Below, one piece after another: positions 1 to 10,214 of a DNA stretch of 64,000 nucleotides. The position numbers and the translations under genes were made by a program. The DNA lies in contig CAZCMV010000001.1 of the NCBI GenBank assembly GCA_964500125.1, positions 54,119-118,118 on the forward strand, given 5' to 3'. The first letter of the stretch is position 1; each line of letters opens with the position of its first letter. This DNA is from an uncultured Bdellovibrionales bacterium (GTDB lineage: Bacteria > Patescibacteriota > Minisyncoccia > Moranbacterales > GWC2-37-73). The notes under the pieces were generated by a model, which saw only the letters and a list, made by a program, of their open reading frames with translations, was not told the DNA's origin and searched no databases.

Positions 1-273
1 GCACATATTTCGCTGTTATATCAATTATTTCTTGTTTATTCATATTATTTTGTTCAATTAAAATCGTTATTTTTATTCTATCACAGTTCTAACTTTCCAT
101 TCTCCCTACAAAAAACAAGGTTTGTAAAAGCCTTATTTTGTCGAGCACGCCATCGTAAAGGACGTTAGAACCTGTTTTAGTTAATTATTTTCTTTAGATT
201 GATATAGTGTTATAGCTTTTTTGATATACAATCGGTCTTTTTCATTTTTCTCTTCAACTAGATCAGTTAACTA

Positions 274-474
274 TTATTTACTAAAAAACTTAAGGACTGG
301 CTTTATTGCTAAAATAAGCCATACTGCAATAATCCACCAAATACTGATTTCTAATAGTCCGGGGATTAGTCTAGCGAGTATTATTCCAAAAGCGAAACAG
401 GCCATCTTTGTCAAACCCATATCTATCCAACTTAATTTTTTTAACTTTTCGTCTGTATAAGATGCAAGGCTCAT
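274..474 (-). CDS. small hypothetical membrane protein (66 aa)
   Basis: ORF with two hydrophobic helices; no recognisable family. Confidence 0.25.
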   Translation of the reverse strand: MSLASYTDEKLKKLSWIDMGLTKMACFAFGIILARLIPGLLEISIWWIIAVWLILAIKPVLKFFSK

Positions 475-594
475 ATTTTATCTATTTTAATATATTAATC
501 TGACCTTTATTTTATGTTATAACAAAAAACCGTCTATAAGGCAATTTTTCTTAGCTCGGCGGGATAGACACCATTAGAACCTGCTTTATTAAGT

Positions 595-1173
595 CTAGAA
601 CGATTTAGCTAAGCTTACAATAATAAAAATACCTATTGAATTTAGCAAAAATGTTATTAAAATAAACTGCCATTTTTTTATTTTAGACAATCCCATTAAA
701 CTGACTCCGATTTCATCCGGTAATGGTGAAGCGATTATGACTGCGCCTAAAATGGGAATGATCCAGGCAAAAAATGGACTTTGAAAAATAACTCTTAAAA
801 AAGAAAATCTAGCTTTTTTTAATATTGGGTATAACTCCTCAAAAACCTGGTCTTTAAGGATTTTAAGTATAAGATAATCTCCAACAACAGCTCCAATTCC
901 GGCAGTAGCGGCTACTAGGTATGGGTTTAACACCTTAGCAATATCAAAAAGTATTGCCGAGGCTGGAACAACTGTGAAAGTTGAAACAAACATTACACCG
1001 CTAAGGAAGCTTCCAATATAACCTAGCGAGCCGAGTATCTTGATGAAATTCTGGATAATTGGCTCATTGATGAGATAGAAAAATAAGACTAAGCTTAAAA
1101 ATAAGAGTGTTGTATTCTTGTATTGCCAACTTTTCCACTTTCCGATTGCATTACTAATGTTTTTGTAAACCAT
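595..1173 (-). CDS. integral membrane protein, possibly VTT/DedA-like or DUF-type (192 aa)
   Basis: Multiple predicted TM helices; G/A-rich helix pairs (AATAGIGAVVGDY, GAVIIASPLPDE); weak family call. Confidence 0.4.
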   Translation of the reverse strand: MVYKNISNAIGKWKSWQYKNTTLLFLSLVLFFYLINEPIIQNFIKILGSLGYIGSFLSGVMFVSTFTVVPASAILFDIAKVLNPYLVAATAGIGAVVGDYLILKILKDQVFEELYPILKKARFSFLRVIFQSPFFAWIIPILGAVIIASPLPDEIGVSLMGLSKIKKWQFILITFLLNSIGIFIIVSLAKSF

Positions 1174-1337
1174 TTTTAAATTATATCACAAAAAGTTCTA
1201 TCGTCCTATCCGGGTATAAAAAATAGGGCTTTAAATAAGCCCTAAAAAAGTTTGCACGCTGTGGTGGAGGAGGTCATAACAATCTTTGAAAACAAAAACG
1301 AGTATATTTACATACCCGATTTAAGGAAAAACCATTT

Positions 1338-1985
1338 TTAATTTTCTTCTTCTGGCAGAAAAGGCACATATTTCATATCACCCTCACTTCTCAATTTGTC
1401 ATAATGTCTCTTTTCTTGCCTTAAAAAATAATCAATTCTTTCCATAACTCTTTTTGAATCTTTTTCAGATTCTTCATTAAAACCATCAAGGGAATAACTA
1501 TGTGTATTTTCAGGATGAAGACAATGCAATAGTTCTTCTGTTATCCCAAGGATTTTTTCAACAGCTCCATATTTTATGGGGAATTTTTTTAATATATCGC
1601 CAGGATTCAACAAATGTTGTGCATTATAGTGTGAAAGTTGATGATGCCTTAAAACTGCAAGATTTTTCAATGTATCACCATTTTCAGCAATAATCTCTTC
1701 CGCTCTCGCCTTTCTTTTAATGTCTTTCTGATTAGCAATAAGAGAATAAACAGAAATAATTTTATCTTGCTCGCTATATTTTGAATTTTCAAAAATGTTT
1801 GCCAAAGCCTGAAGCCAAGTCTCTTCCAAGGAAAACATTGTGGCACCCCAAAAATTCTTATCCCTATCGAATTGCGGTTGATATGCTTTGTCTTGCAGAC
1901 CTTTCCAAACATAAAAGCAAAGGTGTGCCCTAGTTAAAAATTGGTATAATTTTTCGAATCTATTTTTATATTCTTTATTATCCAT
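1338..1985 (-). CDS. hypothetical protein, possible Abi/HEPN-like accessory protein (215 aa)
   Basis: Intact ORF directly downstream of the 422-aa HEPN-motif gene on the same strand; contains LRHHQLSH (R-x5-H-like); no confident family. Confidence 0.45.
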   Translation of the reverse strand: MDNKEYKNRFEKLYQFLTRAHLCFYVWKGLQDKAYQPQFDRDKNFWGATMFSLEETWLQALANIFENSKYSEQDKIISVYSLIANQKDIKRKARAEEIIAENGDTLKNLAVLRHHQLSHYNAQHLLNPGDILKKFPIKYGAVEKILGITEELLHCLHPENTHSYSLDGFNEESEKDSKRVMERIDYFLRQEKRHYDKLRSEGDMKYVPFLPEEEN

Positions 1986-2058
1986 AATTTTACAAAACCC
2001 CCGAATGGGGGGAGGGGGTGTTTTATATGAGCTATAGCCAGAAATTCTTCTGAAAATC

Positions 2059-3327
2059 TCAATTCAAACTCTTTATCCAGGAAACAACTTCCCTATTCTT
2101 TTCAATCGCATCTTCCGCCTCTTTCTCATTTATTTCTTTTCCTTTATGAATTACTTCGTTTCTAGTTTCATTGTAAATTAAACGCCATACATTCCAAAGC
2201 GTTTGATTATTAACAGAAAGAGACTTCCCAGTTGCTTCCTTGAGTAAATCCTTCAACCTTTCCTTAGTTCGCCATTTTTGTTCGAGTTTATCTTTTATTT
2301 CTGCCTCTAATAATCCTTTACTAGTAAATTTATTTATTAAATAATTTTCCAAAAAAATTTCCAATGCCTGAAATGATTCAACGACAGCTAAGGTAAACAT
2401 CTTCTTTTTGAGAGAATTGGAAGCATTCAAAAATAAAAGTTCATAAAGTTCTGGGCGAATGTTTTCTTTTAGCATTTTCTCAATTTCTTCAAGTTCATCT
2501 CTGGAACGATTCATAACCGCACTTTGAATATGTCCGTAATTAGAAGAAGTTAACAAAAATCCAGAATTATGTTCAAAAAATAATATGTGAGTTGTATTCA
2601 AAAAACCTACTCTATCAACAAAATCCTCTTCCGTTACAACTTTATAAATATCCAGAAATTTATTAACAATCAACTGGGCTTTTTCATCCAAAACCTTAAA
2701 GATTCCTTTATTAGAATGATCTGCATTATCGATTTCTTCTTTTTTGAAGTTAGTATCAAAAAATATGTTTAACCTAGAATAACGGAAATATCCGTTTGTA
2801 TCTCTAACCTTTTCAATATTTTTTCCTGTAAATCTCAACTCCCATCCAACATTTTCTTCTTGAGGAAATCTGGGAGTAATAATGTCTGGCTTATTAAAAT
2901 AACATATTTTATCTTTTGCCAAAAAATCAGACTCATCGGAGCCAGTCGCTTTGTCAGTCCATATTTTTTTCGACTCAATACAAGCTTTTTCACCATCACC
3001 CAAATCCACTCCAAGTGGGTAATAATTTGGTAAATGTAAACAATATGGAAGATTAACTTGAACTAATGTATTAAATCCATAGTTTTCTATTTTTAATTTA
3101 TCCGAAGGTTCATAAGGAACTGTAATTCCAGTAATAATTAAGGGTTTATCAGCATTAACATTTTTAATTTGTTCTTTTATATCATTCTCAAGTTTTTCTT
3201 TTTCATTTCCTTCTAATATTTCCCTGGGACCAAAAATAAAAAAATCTATTTTTTCTCCCGTATTAGGCATTTTTGCATTTATTATTATTTCTGCTATTTT
3301 TTTATTTCTCTTTTTTGTTTCAGTCAT
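2059..3327 (-). CDS. HEPN-motif (RNxxxH) protein, putative abortive-infection/defence RNase (422 aa)
   Basis: C-terminal alpha-helical region contains ETRNEVIHKG, the canonical R-N-x3-H HEPN motif; large N-terminal domain of unknown function. Confidence 0.55.
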   Translation of the reverse strand: MTETKKRNKKIAEIIINAKMPNTGEKIDFFIFGPREILEGNEKEKLENDIKEQIKNVNADKPLIITGITVPYEPSDKLKIENYGFNTLVQVNLPYCLHLPNYYPLGVDLGDGEKACIESKKIWTDKATGSDESDFLAKDKICYFNKPDIITPRFPQEENVGWELRFTGKNIEKVRDTNGYFRYSRLNIFFDTNFKKEEIDNADHSNKGIFKVLDEKAQLIVNKFLDIYKVVTEEDFVDRVGFLNTTHILFFEHNSGFLLTSSNYGHIQSAVMNRSRDELEEIEKMLKENIRPELYELLFLNASNSLKKKMFTLAVVESFQALEIFLENYLINKFTSKGLLEAEIKDKLEQKWRTKERLKDLLKEATGKSLSVNNQTLWNVWRLIYNETRNEVIHKGKEINEKEAEDAIEKNREVVSWIKSLN

Positions 3328-3681
3328 ACTTTTTTGGATTTAATTTAAGCTAAGCCTATCTATCGAAAAAGCTTTTTTAAGCAAAGCAATCTTAACCCTC
3401 CTATGCAGGAAGAAACAGATTTATTCTGCAAAACAAGATAGCCTTTAGCTTGGGCATTGGAACAGTGGCACCGTTCAATCTGCTCCGAGGCTGAGTTTTC
3501 TTCCTCCTACGGCGGAATTATACTTTACAGCTTCTTTTTATGCGGTGCGGTGAGAATTTACCCCTCGTGTCTCATTGATGGCTTCTGAGGTCAGTTTCTG
3601 CCTCGCCTCCCTTTCGGGATACTTGTCAAACTTTCTTTGTTGAAGTTAATTTTATTATACAATACTCAGTCAAAAACACTA

Positions 3682-4080
3682 CTATCCAAGCTTGAAACTC
3701 TTTGCTTTCTTTCTTATCCCCAATTTCTCATCTTTTAATCTTTTTATAGCAAAATATCCCAAAAAAATTCCTATTACAGCAAACCAAAAAAGTCCAAATA
3801 TTCCATAAAACCAACCTACTTTTTTATCAGTAAATTTATAGCCAAAATATCCCATCAACAAAATCATTGCCGATATGGCTACAAACTGAAAGATAATAAC
3901 CATCAATGCTTCCGTGCTACCAACGACTCCTATGCCAGACACTACGTCTTTTTCCATAGCTCTCGCAAATATTGTTGATGATACTTTTGTGAAAAAAATA
4001 ATCCAAAACCACCTATTAAACATTTTCCATAATTTAGAAATGTCGCTGTCCTGATTTAATCCGCAATTTTTACAAAACAT
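3682..4080 (-). CDS. membrane protein with N-terminal zinc-ribbon (CxxC) (132 aa)
   Basis: MFCKNCG at N-terminus followed by three hydrophobic helices. Confidence 0.4.
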   Translation of the reverse strand: MFCKNCGLNQDSDISKLWKMFNRWFWIIFFTKVSSTIFARAMEKDVVSGIGVVGSTEALMVIIFQFVAISAMILLMGYFGYKFTDKKVGWFYGIFGLFWFAVIGIFLGYFAIKRLKDEKLGIRKKAKSFKLG

Positions 4081-4101
4081 ATTTTTAATTATTTTGAAAG
4101 C

Positions 4102-4599
4102 TTATTTTTCCAAACCTTTTTCCCGAAGGCATTTTTTGTACAGAGTATCGCTATACGATTTCGATGAGCAATCTTTCCTTGCTTGGCTTGGTCTAATTTC
4201 AAACCAATAAAAAATGATTCCTAAAATAATCAAAATAATCAAAATTATTTTATAATTTTTTATATTTTGCATATTTTTATTTATAAATTTATTATTCACA
4301 ATGTTTACAAACCATATCAATATTTTTAATAATAAAAAGATTAGAAAACAAAATAAAAAAACAGTTCCTATTACAAAAAATACGCTAAAATTTATCTTAT
4401 AATCACTAACAAAAATTTTTCCGAAAATATTAAACAGTATTGTTGATATAATTGTTGTAATTAAAAAAGACAAAAAAATTTCTATTATGCTAGCCTCATA
4501 TATATTCAACGAATATTCTTTTATTTTATAAATAATTGATTTAAACATATATTTTTCAATATCTTCTTGGAGCAACAAATGAAGAAATGGAGATTCCAA
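4102..4599 (-). CDS. hypothetical membrane protein (165 aa)
   Basis: Highly hydrophobic AT-rich ORF; start uncertain (overlaps next ORF). Confidence 0.35.
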   Translation of the reverse strand: MESPFLHLLLQEDIEKYMFKSIIYKIKEYSLNIYEASIIEIFLSFLITTIISTILFNIFGKIFVSDYKINFSVFFVIGTVFLFCFLIFLLLKILIWFVNIVNNKFINKNMQNIKNYKIILIILIILGIIFYWFEIRPSQARKDCSSKSYSDTLYKKCLREKGLEK

Positions 4600-4786
4600 T
4601 TATTAGATAAATAACCCCGAACTTTATTCCGTGATTGTAAAAAACACTTATTACGAAACAAAAGAACACAAAAGGACTCAGTAATCCCCCCATCTTTGAC
4701 ATTGTACTACTATATCCATTGGCAAACACACTTCTTCCCATAATAATTACAACTATTGCAGAAATAATAATAAATGTTGTGCTCAT
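4556..4786 (-). CDS. small hypothetical membrane protein (76 aa)
   Basis: Two hydrophobic helices. Confidence 0.25.
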   Translation of the reverse strand: MSTTFIIISAIVVIIMGRSVFANGYSSTMSKMGGLLSPFVFFCFVISVFYNHGIKFGVIYLIIGISISSFVAPRRY

Positions 4787-5044
4787 ATTATTTATAGTAT
4801 GTTAATATATTTTGAAAACAAAAAAGGACAACCCTACTAGTTGTCGCACCCAAATAGACAGGTTATGCCTAATTGTTTTAAGTAAGGTTGCCCTATTCTG
4901 GGCACAACCTTACATTTTGCCTATCTGGCAAAATCCTATTTATTTGAATGCGACACCTAAAGAATACTGCATCGGGAGGCAAAAAGCAAACCTCGCATAG
5001 TTTGATTTTGAGCTAAATTTGGAGTAAATTAAAAGTATACAAAT

Positions 5045-5782
5045 ATGAGCTTAGAATCACTAAAACAAAGAAAGTGGGTGCTTGAAAGGATTGTTAATAA
5101 TTTCGAGAATTATTCCGAAATTGGAGACAAGACCTGGTTTGGCGTTGACCACGAAATAAAATCTCCATCTGTTGATATGCAAAGAGAACTTATTAAAAAA
5201 GTTTTCAATGTTATGGAGGCGATAGAAATTTTAGATACAAGATTTTCTAAATACGAAAAAAACACAGATGAAAAACCAGATGAAAATTGGTTTGAAATAA
5301 AAATAAAAAGACCCGAGTTTACCAAGCTATGCGAAGAATACGGAATCGCATTTGGAGAAAAGCCAAATCCAGCTCAACTAAGAAACAACCCTGAAAATGA
5401 AAAGTTAGAATCATCGAACGAGGAAAATAATAATGGACATCAAGCCATAAGAAAGAAAAATGGAAACTTTTTCTGCGGAGAAGATACAATAAATTTTGGA
5501 GAAAACACACAATATAAGGATTTATTTGATATTATATACAGCAACTGTATCCAAAATAACTTCGTTTCTTACGAAAAAATAGACGAGGAACTCCAAAAAC
5601 TTGGGTGGAAATCATCTCCAAAAAAGAAAAGAAATAAAAGAATACAAAACGCAACAACCAATGGTATATTTAGATTTGCAAAAATTGGAAATAAAAAGTT
5701 CGAGAATTTAAATCCACTAAACGGAAAACCACTTATTGAGATGATACGAGGGAAAGGCGTAAGATTTAATAACTATCGCTAA
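5045..5782 (+). CDS. hypothetical protein, mobile-element cargo (245 aa)
   Basis: Intact ORF co-oriented with downstream wHTH and recombinase genes. Confidence 0.45.
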   Translation: MSLESLKQRKWVLERIVNNFENYSEIGDKTWFGVDHEIKSPSVDMQRELIKKVFNVMEAIEILDTRFSKYEKNTDEKPDENWFEIKIKRPEFTKLCEEYGIAFGEKPNPAQLRNNPENEKLESSNEENNNGHQAIRKKNGNFFCGEDTINFGENTQYKDLFDIIYSNCIQNNFVSYEKIDEELQKLGWKSSPKKKRNKRIQNATTNGIFRFAKIGNKKFENLNPLNGKPLIEMIRGKGVRFNNYR

Positions 5783-5956
5783 AATCTTATAACGGCTTAC
5801 ATCGGCTTATAATGGATTGTGGACAACTCTTTCAAGGGTTGTTTTTTTGTTTTTTCTAAGCATTTTTTATAAAATGATAATCCAAAAAAGTAATTAAAAG
5901 TAATTTGCTTTGGGCAAATAATGAAAACATAAGAAATTTAAGTTTAACTCAAGGTT

Positions 5957-6148
5957 ATGTTTTCTGATGCACAAATCAAAAAATTTCAGATTATATACAA
6001 AAACCTCTACGAGGTTGAACTTAATCTTTCGGAAGTATGCGAAAAATTGGAAAGCCTAGTAAGAGTGATTGAGCTTACCTACAAACCAATGACTGAGAAA
6101 GAAATGGAACTGGTAAAAAAAAGACGTAAAGAAATGAAAATAATATGA
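5957..6148 (+). CDS. small hypothetical protein (63 aa), coiled-coil
   Basis: Stop overlaps start of next gene (ATGA coupling at 6145). Confidence 0.3.
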   Translation: MFSDAQIKKFQIIYKNLYEVELNLSEVCEKLESLVRVIELTYKPMTEKEMELVKKRRKEMKII

Positions 6149-6876
6149 GAGAGCCAAAGCACATTAGAAAGATAATACAAAAATCAGCATATGAAATGAC
6201 ACACGGAGGATTTGTTCCCAATTTACCAATAAGAAAAAAAGGCAAACAAAAAAGATTTTTTATTGACAATGAATACTATGAATGGGGCTATGCCAAGAAT
6301 CTTTCAAGGCAAGCCACGCTTGTTTATTTTTTATTGGCTAAATATGCAAATTCAAAAACTCAGGCGTGTTTTCCTGGAATGGATAGAATTGTTAAAGAAG
6401 GAGGAATTTCCAATAATCGGTATGTGTCCAGGGGATTGAAAGAACTTGAAAAATACAACCTGATTTTTGTAAACCGACCTGGAGCAGGAAAGGTAAATAA
6501 TTATTATCTACTGGACACTTCTGTTTGGAAAAAACTTCCTGGTTATGAAAAAGTTTCAATTTCCACAAAATCAAGTGTCAAAATGAACAACCCTGAGAGT
6601 CAAAAAGAACTACCAACCAAGGTCGAATTTGACCCACTAAATCATAGGAGTAATTCAACGGAAGAAATCATCACAAAAAAAGAAAAAACCATAGAAAAAC
6701 CAGAAGCTAAATTCATTTCTTTTTTTAATGCAAATTACAAAGAACAAGATATTTTATTGGCATTAACTGAAATTAACAAAGAAATCAAAGATATAGGATT
6801 TCAAGAAGTCCGATATAAACTCAAACAACTTACAGTGGAAGGAAAAATAAATCCTATAAGAGCACCATCCTGGTAA
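6145..6876 (+). CDS. winged-helix DNA-binding protein, possible element replication initiator/regulator (243 aa)
   Basis: Segment FPGMDRIVKEGGISNNRYVSRGLKELEKYNLIFVNRPG is a typical wHTH of phage/plasmid Rep or DnaD-like N-domains; sits immediately upstream of the recombinase. Confidence 0.5.
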   Translation: MREPKHIRKIIQKSAYEMTHGGFVPNLPIRKKGKQKRFFIDNEYYEWGYAKNLSRQATLVYFLLAKYANSKTQACFPGMDRIVKEGGISNNRYVSRGLKELEKYNLIFVNRPGAGKVNNYYLLDTSVWKKLPGYEKVSISTKSSVKMNNPESQKELPTKVEFDPLNHRSNSTEEIITKKEKTIEKPEAKFISFFNANYKEQDILLALTEINKEIKDIGFQEVRYKLKQLTVEGKINPIRAPSW

Positions 6877-6995
6877 TTCGTTTTCAATGCGAAAAACAAT
6901 AAAAAAATTCCGTTGTAATTTTCACTTTTGCTGAAAATGTATTTAGAGTCTACCTTTTTAGTAAAATTAAATAAGTTAATAAATTATAAAAATAT

Positions 6996-8660
6996 ATGAC
7001 TACAAATAAAACACAGGAAATCAAGTATTTCCTTTATGCGAGAAAATCTTCAGAAAGCGAAGACCGCCAGGTGCAATCAATCGACGACCAGGTTGGCAGA
7101 TTGGAGCGGTTAGCCAAGGAGAGAAACTTTCACATTAAGCACATTTACAAGGAATCAAAATCAGCGAAGAAACCAAACAATCGTCCCCTTTTTGATGAAA
7201 TGATGAAAAGAATTGAAAGCGGAGAGGTGGACGGAATTTTATGCTGGCACCTCAATCGTCTTTCCAGGAATCCGATAGACAGCGGGAAAATAAGCTGGCT
7301 CTTGCAACAAGGAGTTATCAAGTCGATTCAAACGATGGAAAAAGAATTTAGACCCGAAGACAATGTTTTGCTTTTTAGCGTTGAAAGTGGAATGGCAAAT
7401 CAATTTTGCCGAGAATTAAGCGTGAATGTAAAACGAGGCAATCAAAAGAAGCGAGAGGACGGCTGGAGACCTGGAATTGCACCCACAGGTTATTTAAACG
7501 ACCTAGCAACCCACACGATGCCCATAGACCCGTTGCGATTCAGATTGCTTCGCAAAGCGTGGGATTTGATACTTACTGGAAATTACACCGTGCCACAAGT
7601 TGCCGACAAACTTAATAACGAATGGGGATTCCGAACGATAAAGAAAAAACGACTTGGAGACAAGCCATTGGCATTAAGCGGGATGTATAAAATTTTCACC
7701 AATATCTTTTATGCAGGAATAATTGAACACAATGGAGTTCACTATCCAGGAAAACATAAGGCGATGATTACCTTGGATGAATTTGACCGTGCACAAATCA
7801 TACTTGGACACAAAGGGAAACCCAGACCCAAAAAACATCACTTCCCTTTCACAGGATTATTCCGTTGCCCTGAATGCGGTTGTATGTATACCGCTGAATT
7901 GAAAAAAGGGAAATATGTTTATTATCATTGCACACACAAAAATAAAAAAGTTAAATGTTCACAAAGAAAAGTTCTGGAGGAGAAAAAGCTCTTAGAACAA
8001 CTTGAATACGAACTTGGAAAATATACCATACCCCAAGAACTGCTCGCTTTGGCATTGGAAATAATCGAAAGCAGAAAGGAGACCAAAGCAGACGATGAAA
8101 AAATAATAGCCGAGACTCGCCAGCAAACTTTAGAGAAATTGAAAAACCAACAATCAAATCTCATAAGAATGCGAAGCAACGATATGATTGATGATGAACA
8201 ATTCAAAGTCCAAAGCGAACCGATAAAAAAAGAGATTGAGAGATTAAGTAATGAGCCTATGAGTGCCAAAGACCGAAAAGAAAAAACCCTAGAGCTAACT
8301 GAAAAAACTTTTGCCTTTTATGCTTACGCCCACAAAGCGTTTCTGACTGGCAATGATGAAACACGAAGAGAGCTTATATTTCATTTAGGTTCGAACCACG
8401 AAATAAAAGACAGAATAACCTCCATACAAGCCAAAGAATGGTTTTTGCCCGTAGCAAATAAGCGCAATGATATAAAGCGAGAATTTGAAAGGTTAGAACC
8501 GATGAAAAGTGGCTGTATAAAAGCAAAAAGCGGGCAATTAAGCCCACTTCTTAGCACTATGCACGGGGCTATGGACACGACTAGGAACAATATTTTGGAA
8601 AACTGGGACAGGATTGATGTCAGATTACAGCGCGCTCAAGCCTTATTACAGCGAATTTAA
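6996..8660 (+). CDS. large serine recombinase (resolvase/invertase catalytic domain + recombinase domain + zinc ribbon), element 1
   Basis: N-terminus YARKSSESEDRQVQSIDDQ (catalytic Ser motif), CWHLNRLSRN, and C-terminal CxxC...HC zinc ribbon; 554 aa. Confidence 0.85.
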   Translation: MTTNKTQEIKYFLYARKSSESEDRQVQSIDDQVGRLERLAKERNFHIKHIYKESKSAKKPNNRPLFDEMMKRIESGEVDGILCWHLNRLSRNPIDSGKISWLLQQGVIKSIQTMEKEFRPEDNVLLFSVESGMANQFCRELSVNVKRGNQKKREDGWRPGIAPTGYLNDLATHTMPIDPLRFRLLRKAWDLILTGNYTVPQVADKLNNEWGFRTIKKKRLGDKPLALSGMYKIFTNIFYAGIIEHNGVHYPGKHKAMITLDEFDRAQIILGHKGKPRPKKHHFPFTGLFRCPECGCMYTAELKKGKYVYYHCTHKNKKVKCSQRKVLEEKKLLEQLEYELGKYTIPQELLALALEIIESRKETKADDEKIIAETRQQTLEKLKNQQSNLIRMRSNDMIDDEQFKVQSEPIKKEIERLSNEPMSAKDRKEKTLELTEKTFAFYAYAHKAFLTGNDETRRELIFHLGSNHEIKDRITSIQAKEWFLPVANKRNDIKREFERLEPMKSGCIKAKSGQLSPLLSTMHGAMDTTRNNILENWDRIDVRLQRAQALLQRI

Positions 8661-8814
8661 CTCTTGCGCATCTCATTAAATGACAAATATAAATTAGCGA
8701 GTGAATCTAGCCATTCATCAGCCGTTTCACTTGATACATTCAAGTCATGATTTGCCTTGAAATAAGCGATTAATCTAATCCTTAATTCTTCTGAATATTT
8801 ATATTGCATATAGC

Positions 8815-9327
8815 TTATAACTTTTCATGATTAGTTCCACCTTTTAAATCATTACTAATCGCCTGCGCTAATTCTAGAAAGTTTCCACCCACTTGAATAT
8901 GTTGTATGGGCAGACTTATTGCTGAATATAATTCATCCACGAATTGATCACGATTTTTTCGTCTTGGGTCATTGTGTGATTTTCCATCCAATTCAATGGC
9001 AAGCAATGGTTTTGTTGTGGCATGATTGCACACAAGAAAATCAACATGGCGCGATTTGATTTTGCCACGAAGACCCCAATGACCATTACTGGATATATTC
9101 TTCTTGTCCACATCTACAAAGTCCTCAATGCGCACCTTAGACAATACAATATAAGCGTCTCCCAGCGCCTTCTGCAGATTAATGAATAATGCTTGCTCTG
9201 ATTCATTCATCACCCTGTCCTTCTTCTGATATGAAGACAAGCTCGTCAGTCTTTCCTTCTTCTCAATGAATGCCTTAGCAAGAGCAACAGCGACAATGAA
9301 GACGATTAAGATAATTGTCCAAGTCAT
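8815..9327 (-). CDS. DUF2726-family (restriction-endonuclease-like fold) protein with N-terminal TM anchor (170 aa)
   Basis: RHVDFLVCNHATTKPLLAIELDGKSHNDPRRKNRD matches the DUF2726 core (VDF..., ELDG.SH); N-terminal hydrophobic helix. Confidence 0.55.
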   Translation of the reverse strand: MTWTIILIVFIVAVALAKAFIEKKERLTSLSSYQKKDRVMNESEQALFINLQKALGDAYIVLSKVRIEDFVDVDKKNISSNGHWGLRGKIKSRHVDFLVCNHATTKPLLAIELDGKSHNDPRRKNRDQFVDELYSAISLPIQHIQVGGNFLELAQAISNDLKGGTNHEKL

Positions 9328-9413
9328 GGTTTTATTATTATTGAATTATATTTAATGAAACACGAAAACAAATCAACCCCGCTGTTTATCATGCAATAGT
9401 TGAAGAAAAAATA

Positions 9414-10214
9414 TTACTTTCCAGAAACATTATTTTCATAAACAAATACTGCACCATTTTTTTCAACAACATCCTTAACACATCGCATCCTTTCAATGAA
9501 ATTATCATCTGATTCATTTAAACTTTTCTTACAATCGTCACTCCATTTTTCCAACAAAAGAAGCCCTGCATGATGTAAAATTTTTTCAAAATCATCCGAA
9601 GAAAGAATTTGCACTTTATTGTTAATTGCATTAGTAATCTTTTCACTTTCCTTGTCATACAATGGAACTAATCCAATTTTGTTAACAGAGAAGAAATGTG
9701 TCAGTGAATTCCTTAAATCACGCAGATTTTTTGCACTTATTTTTCCTGCTCTTTTTGGGTTCTCCATTATCCACTTATTCTCCCTGCATAGGCAAAATTC
9801 GTTTATAAATTGATCCATCGCACCATCCGAAGCATCTCTGAGTTCCGCACTATCGCTCGTTTTTTTCTGATATGCAGTATGAAGACAACGAAGTGTCTCA
9901 AGATGAGCGAAAAGTACAATAAACTCCGACCTAACAGGACGAGGGAAATGGAACTTATCGGCTAACGTTTCCGGATTTTCAGAGAGTGTAAAGTTTAAAT
10001 CGTCCGGCGGATTCATTTTTGACATAAGAGCCAATAGTTCTCTGCATTGTCTTTTTATATCTTTCAGTCTTTTCTTATAGCCCATTAACTCATTAACTTC
10101 TGCTTCAATCTGAATTAAAAAACGAAAGACAACCCCAAATTCTGGATGAATATCAATTCTGTTTTGAACCTTATCCATAATCACAAATGGCATATTTTCT
10201 ATATTCTTGTTCAT
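9414..10214 (-). CDS. HEPN-motif (RNxxxH) protein (266 aa)
   Basis: NLRDLRNSLTHF contains R-N-x3-H; 4-nt ATGA overlap with upstream gene (translational coupling). Confidence 0.45.
   Translation of the reverse strand: MNKNIENMPFVIMDKVQNRIDIHPEFGVVFRFLIQIEAEVNELMGYKKRLKDIKRQCRELLALMSKMNPPDDLNFTLSENPETLADKFHFPRPVRSEFIVLFAHLETLRCLHTAYQKKTSDSAELRDASDGAMDQFINEFCLCRENKWIMENPKRAGKISAKNLRDLRNSLTHFFSVNKIGLVPLYDKESEKITNAINNKVQILSSDDFEKILHHAGLLLLEKWSDDCKKSLNESDDNFIERMRCVKDVVEKNGAVFVYENNVSGK

Noticed and set aside
221-460. 79-aa plus-strand ORF
   Set aside because: Overlaps the more plausible minus-strand membrane mini-ORF, and its composition is a repeat-like S/F/N-rich artefact. Neither is strongly supported.
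3400-3620. tmRNA, RNase P RNA or SRP RNA in the GC-rich intergenic island
   Set aside because: No GGTTCGAnTCC T-arm/acceptor mimic, no tag-peptide ORF ending in AA-stop, no RNase P P4 consensus (AGGAAAGUCC) and no SRP domain IV motif. It is kept only as an unassigned GC-rich island.
7406-7615. Embedded 69-aa plus-strand ORF and minus-strand ORFs 7925-8269, 7951-8157, 8381-8590
   Set aside because: All lie inside the well-supported recombinase 1 reading frame. They are alternative-frame artefacts.
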